57,720 nucleotides of DNA from Verrucomicrobiales bacterium. GTDB lineage: Bacteria > Verrucomicrobiota > Verrucomicrobiia > Verrucomicrobiales > Akkermansiaceae. The DNA lies in contig JBFZFJ010000320.1 of NCBI GenBank assembly GCA_041306405.1, positions 1-57,720 of the forward strand. Reading direction: 5' to 3'. This document shows positions 53,703-57,720 of the stretch, one piece after another (positions within the stretch are counted from its first letter, which is position 1; every line of letters begins with the position of its first letter). A program made the translations under genes and the position numbers. The notes under the pieces were generated by a model that was not told the DNA's origin, made no database searches, and was given only the letters and a program-made list of their open reading frames with translations.

Positions 53703-54278
53703 ATGACCACACTGAGGCCGCCGGATTCCATCACGGTGAGCGACTATCTCGCAGGCGAGGAAATCAGCGACACGAAACATGAATACCTGGGTGGCACCGT
53801 CCACGCCATGGCGGGCGCTACGATCCGCCACAACAACATTGCCTTGAATTGCTTGGCAGCGCTACACGGAATGCTGCGGGGTAAATCCTGCCAGCCCTTT
53901 AACAGCGACACCAAGGTCCGCATCGAGTTCCCCGACCACAGCCGCTTTTACTACCCGGATGCGATGGTCGTCTGCCAATCGAATCCGGATTCCGCTCATT
54001 TCCAGACTCAACCCGTCGTCATCATCGAGGTCCTCAGTGACTCCACCCGCCGTGCGGACCTCGGCGAGAAGCGCGACGCCTACCTCACGATCCCCTCGTT
54101 GAAAGTCCTGCTTTTCGTCGAGCCCGAGGCCCCAGCTGTCACTCTTCACCGCCACCTGCCGGAAGGGGGATTCACCATCGAGCGCCACAGCGGGCTGGAT
54201 GCCATCATCCCGCTGCCGGAAATCGAGGCTTCCTTGGCCCTTGCGGATCTCTACGAGCGAGTCGAGTTCGCCCTGTAA
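53703..54278 (+). CDS. Uma2 family (DUF820) endonuclease-like protein
   Basis: KHEYLGGTVHAMAGA, YYPDAMVVC, IEVLSDST..D..EK. Confidence 0.9.
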   Translation: MTTLRPPDSITVSDYLAGEEISDTKHEYLGGTVHAMAGATIRHNNIALNCLAALHGMLRGKSCQPFNSDTKVRIEFPDHSRFYYPDAMVVCQSNPDSAHFQTQPVVIIEVLSDSTRRADLGEKRDAYLTIPSLKVLLFVEPEAPAVTLHRHLPEGGFTIERHSGLDAIIPLPEIEASLALADLYERVEFAL

Positions 54279-54394
54279 TCCCCTGAGAAGGCAGGGTCCG
54301 AAGCCAGTGAGTTGATGAAGGTCGCTATTTTGGCGCGTGGATTGCCACGAATCCCGCGCAGCGCTTCAATGGCCTCGGCGCGCAGGAAAATTTC
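54272..54394 (-). pseudogene. Possible remnant of a RelE-like small toxin
   Basis: EIFLRAEAIEALRGI...IATFINSLASDP..GDY without a start codon. Confidence 0.35.
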
Positions 54395-54456
54395 AGACCG
54401 TTCGATCACTTGGCATCCGGGTCGGGCAAAGGGGCTGAGAGGGGGGAGAGGCGGGA

Positions 54457-54485
54457 TTGACAGTGTCAGCGGGGCTGCCTACGTT
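54457..54485 (+). promoter_or_regulatory. Putative leaderless sigma70 promoter for the DUF433/DUF5615 pair
   Basis: TTGACA-17bp-TACGTT, 6 nt before the GTG start. Confidence 0.6.
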
Positions 54486-54491
54486 TGATGC

Positions 54492-54704
54492 GTGGACACC
54501 AAGGATTTGATCACCACCGACCCGGACATTCTGGGTGGAACCCCTGTTTTCAAAGGAACGCGCGTGCCCGTAAAAACGCTCTTCGATTATCTTGAGAACA
54601 ACTACACCCTTGGGGAGTTCGTGGAGTGCTTTCCGTCCGTGAGCCGCGAAGCTGCACGCGCCTTGCTGGAGAGGTCTGAATCCGTCCTTCTGGCCGTAGC
54701 GTGA
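54492..54704 (+). CDS. DUF433 antitoxin
   Basis: ITTDPDILGGTPVFKGTRVPVKTLFDYL. Confidence 0.9.
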   Translation: MDTKDLITTDPDILGGTPVFKGTRVPVKTLFDYLENNYTLGEFVECFPSVSREAARALLERSESVLLAVA

Positions 54705-55018
54705 GGATCTTGCTCGACGAGTGCGTTCCGTGGCCAATGCACAAACTGCTCGCCGGGCATGACTGCACCTCCACGCAATGGCGGGGCTGGGGCGGAATCA
54801 AAAACGGCGACCTCATCCGTCTGGCAGAGCAGGAATTCGACATCTTCATCACTTCGGATCAGAACCTCCGCTATCAGCAAAATCTCGCGGGCCGGGGCCT
54901 CGCCATCCTTGAGCTTTCGACCAACGACCTTCGCCGCATTCTCGCCGCCTCCAGCGACATCGTGGCCGCCGGCGCCACCACCGGCGCTGGTGAATACCGG
55001 CATTTGGAGATCCCATGA
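54701..55018 (+). CDS. DUF5615 / VapC45-like PIN toxin
   Basis: ILLDECVP...GWGGIKNGDLI...FITSDQNLRYQQNL. Confidence 0.88.
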   Translation: MRILLDECVPWPMHKLLAGHDCTSTQWRGWGGIKNGDLIRLAEQEFDIFITSDQNLRYQQNLAGRGLAILELSTNDLRRILAASSDIVAAGATTGAGEYRHLEIP

Positions 55019-55132
55019 TAGAGTGCAGGCGGGAGGATGATCGGCAATCGATTTTGGCAAAGGCGATCCATGTATGAAAATTCGCGTCGATTCGCGGTTG
55101 CCTCTCTCAAAATGAGTTGGGCGCCAAAATAC

Positions 55133-55243
55133 CAAGGAGCGGCGAAACGCGTTCGCCGTGCGGATGAAATGACGATGAAAAGCCCTTCATGGCGGCCAAT
55201 CGGCTCACCATCCGCAAGGGCGGACACGTTCCGCCCCTCCTTG
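55133..55243. repeat. Inverted REP doublet (family 3, REPIN-like)
   Basis: caaggagcggcgaaacgcgttcgccgtgc (55133-55161) and inverted gcaagggcggacacgttccgcccctccttg (55214-55243). Confidence 0.75.
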
Positions 55244-55426
55244 AGCTCCCATCACGGGATCCCGCGCAGACTTCTTCTCCCACACCCATATTTCGTCAGG
55301 ATCGACATATGAGTTGCCAGAACCCGGTTCTCTGAAGCACTCTACCAGTCTAATCATCACAAAGACCGAATCGTCTTTTCCGAGGCTTCCCGGTTCGCCT
55401 CCCCCTCCTGTCTCAAACGCACCACC

Positions 55427-56010
55427 ATGAAAACCATTTTCATCCCACTCGTCCTCCTCGCCATGGCTTCCGCGGCTTTGGCCAACACCGCGCCGACGGT
55501 CGTCATCCAGTCCGCCGCCATGCGGCCGGGCACCACGCTGATGGATGTGGTCTATCGGGTGAACGATCCGGACGACGCCACGGTGAAAACCCGCGCGCTG
55601 GCCTTCGTCGATGGCGTGCGCTCGTTCGCCAATGTCCTCAAACCGGTCACCTTCGTCGAAGGCACCGCCGCCAAGCTCGGCGACGCGATCCCCAGCAACA
55701 CGAACCACACGCTCACCTGGGACGTGGCGGCGGATTGGAATGTCGATCTGGGGTAGGTGAAATTCGAGGTGCTCAGCCGCGATGCTCGTGGCTTGCTGGC
55801 CTTCGATTGGATCACAATTCCTGCGGCGGGTGGGAAGCTGGCGCTGACGATCAGCAAGAACTCGCCAACGGATGCCGAGGTGCTTGATGCTTTGTTCTGG
55901 CAGTATGCGAGTGGCGATGTGGGGCTTTCGCTTGTGAATGGGGATGTTAAGGCAAATGCGAACAGTGGAGTTTTCTCAGGTTTTATTCTATCAAGCGGGA
56001 CAACTCCGCA
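55427..56010 (+). pseudogene. Secreted Ig-like hypothetical gene with internal TAG and truncation
   Basis: Signal peptide, LTWDVAADWNVDLG*VKFEV; protein-like reading continues after the TAG at 55754-55756 and then breaks. Confidence 0.65.
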
Positions 56011-56029
56011 ACGGGGCAATCACACCTGC

Positions 56030-56666
56030 AAACATCGATAACGTCCGCACCAACGACTGGAACGGCTATCGCGAGCTCACCGATGACGAACTGGAGACAC
56101 TCGCACAAAAAATCGTCGATGAAGTACGCGATCGCGGGCTCTTCCTCTCGCTGTCGGAATTCGTCAATCGCCGGATCGGTCCGAGTGAGCCACGCACGCT
56201 CAAAGGCGCATTGGAAGCCGCGATTGACAAAGCGGAGATCAACGAAAAACAAAACGCCGTCTTCCCCGATACCTTCCTCAATCAGGTTCCCATCACCGCA
56301 ACGGATGTCAGCGATCCCAAGCTGTACAACTACAAGACTCCGGAAGCCACCACCGGAAATCCGGCGGCGGGCGCTCCCGGCTGGGTCAACCAAGGCGATC
56401 TGCTGCGCATCCTCGAACCCGCCGCTACGGTGCGCGGCGACACCTTTGTCATCCGCACCTATGGCGAGGCGCAGGACAGCAGTGGAAAGGTCACTGCCCG
56501 CGCCTACGCCGAGGCCGTGGTGCAACGCATGCCGGAATATGTGGACCCGGCAGACCGCCCGTCTCTCAATGTCCTCGCTGATCCGGCGGCCGCTCGGGCG
56601 AACAGGACTTTCGGCCGGCGCTTCAACGTGGCCTCGTTCCGCTGGCTATCCCAAAACGAAATCTGA
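56030..56666 (+). pseudogene. C-terminal fragment of a large Verru_Chthon cassette A-like protein
   Basis: FLSLSEFVNRR, QGDLL..L.P..TVRGDTFVIRTYGEA, AEAVVQRMPEYVDP, FGRRF..ASFRWL; no native N-terminus. Confidence 0.65.
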
Positions 56667-56668
56667 AT

Positions 56669-57385
56669 TTGATGATCCATCCATTGTCCCTCTCGATGCT
56701 CGCCGTGCTTGGATTGTCTCTGACCGTCGTCGCCCAGGATAACAAAACTGCCGCTCCCGTGCAGATCCGCGCGGTGTTGCACGATCCAGTCAAACCCATC
56801 GCCAACCTGTTTTATACCGACAAGGCAGGCGCGCGGATCCAATTGAATTTCAGACCCCAGGCTCTCACCGACCCTATGTTCACGGTGCCGGTCAATGGCT
56901 CGCTGGTGCTTTACGACAAGGCCGCCATCGACCCCGAGAACCCGGCTGGCAGTTTGGCTGCAAGCGTCAAGCTGCCGCCGGAAATCAAGCGGGCGATGGT
57001 CGTGGTGATGCCGGCTCCAGAGGGAGAGAAACCCGCTTACCGGATGTTGCTCGTCGACGACTCCGAGAAAGCCTTCCCCGGTGGTGAGTCACGGGCACTC
57101 CCGCTGGTCGGTGTGGAAACCGCCATCCAGGCCGGTGAGCACAGACTGCCCATCCATCCGGGTAAGATCACCAGAGTGCCACCCGTCACCAAGGTCAATG
57201 AGTTCAACATGGCTCAGACAAATTTCTTCTATCAGCAGGGCGAGGCATGGGTGGTCTTCACCGAGCGCCAGTTGCAGTATCTCGACGCCTCCCGGCGTCT
57301 CTTCATCATCCATGCCACTCCCGGCGCCCTCCAGCCGACGATCACCACCATTGTGGATACCAATCTGAAGGTGGCACCGCGTTGA
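56669..57385 (+). CDS. Secreted hypothetical protein (companion of the upstream cassette gene)
   Basis: Signal peptide, starts 2 bp after the upstream stop. Confidence 0.7.
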   Translation: MMIHPLSLSMLAVLGLSLTVVAQDNKTAAPVQIRAVLHDPVKPIANLFYTDKAGARIQLNFRPQALTDPMFTVPVNGSLVLYDKAAIDPENPAGSLAASVKLPPEIKRAMVVVMPAPEGEKPAYRMLLVDDSEKAFPGGESRALPLVGVETAIQAGEHRLPIHPGKITRVPPVTKVNEFNMAQTNFFYQQGEAWVVFTERQLQYLDASRRLFIIHATPGALQPTITTIVDTNLKVAPR

Positions 57386-57488
57386 CGGTCATTGCCAACG
57401 ATTGTAACCAGAAACTATGACACGAAGCTTGGCAGTGGTGAATCCATCAACCGGCACTCCAACACAACCCGCACAATACCTTGCCACC

Positions 57489-57701
57489 ATGTCCACTTCA
57501 TCCGTATTCGCAGCCGCCACTCCGCATCCCGCCAACCTCAACCATCCTGCCCGCGACGAATATCATGGCGTCGTGGTGATGGATCCATACCGCTGGTTGG
57601 AGGACGGCAATGATCCCGCCGTGAAGGCGTGGACACACGCCCAGAACCGCCGCACGCGGGACCATTTGGATGCGATCGCCATCTGTCTCATAGACGAATA
57701 G
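57489..57701 (+). pseudogene. N-terminal remnant of prolyl oligopeptidase (S9A)
   Basis: DEYHGVVVMDPYRWLED...VKAWTHAQNRRT then a premature stop. Confidence 0.8.
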
Positions 57702-57720
57702 TCGAGAATAGTCGAAAATA

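Noticed and set aside
55754-55756. TAG readthrough or alternative genetic code
   Set aside because: TAG terminates intact genes here (urtA, ureC, ureD); no pyl genes are in the window; the gene is also truncated downstream, so a nonsense mutation is simpler.

Overview
GC-rich bacterial DNA, most likely from Verrucomicrobiota (Luteolibacter-like). This is inferred from gene content: PSD1/planctomycete cytochrome c plus DUF1501 pairs, several sulfatases, and Verru_Chthon-type fragments. In order, the window holds: (1) a urea utilisation locus (porin, urtA, a short UreJ-like gene, ureABCEFG and ureD). ureD is fused in frame behind an intact-looking REP-associated tyrosine transposase (RAYT) bracketed by REP palindromes, one of which is translated as the linker. 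(2) lutAB and lutC split by a sulfatase and metY. (3) A decaying polysaccharide/sulfatase region with two cytochrome c/DUF1501 pairs. (4) A relic integrative island with integrase, type I RM, YhcG and TA debris ending at a 3' tRNA-Tyr fragment. (5) Housekeeping genes (tmk, mutT-like, cyclophilin, eboB/eboE-like, lgt, ROK, rodA, MFS). (6) A toxin-antitoxin hotspot and further gene fragments. Accessory genes show many internal deletions and frameshifts while core genes are intact. At least three families of REP-like palindromes are present. No CRISPR array, rRNA or complete tRNA was seen. All family calls come from motif recognition by eye, not database searches.
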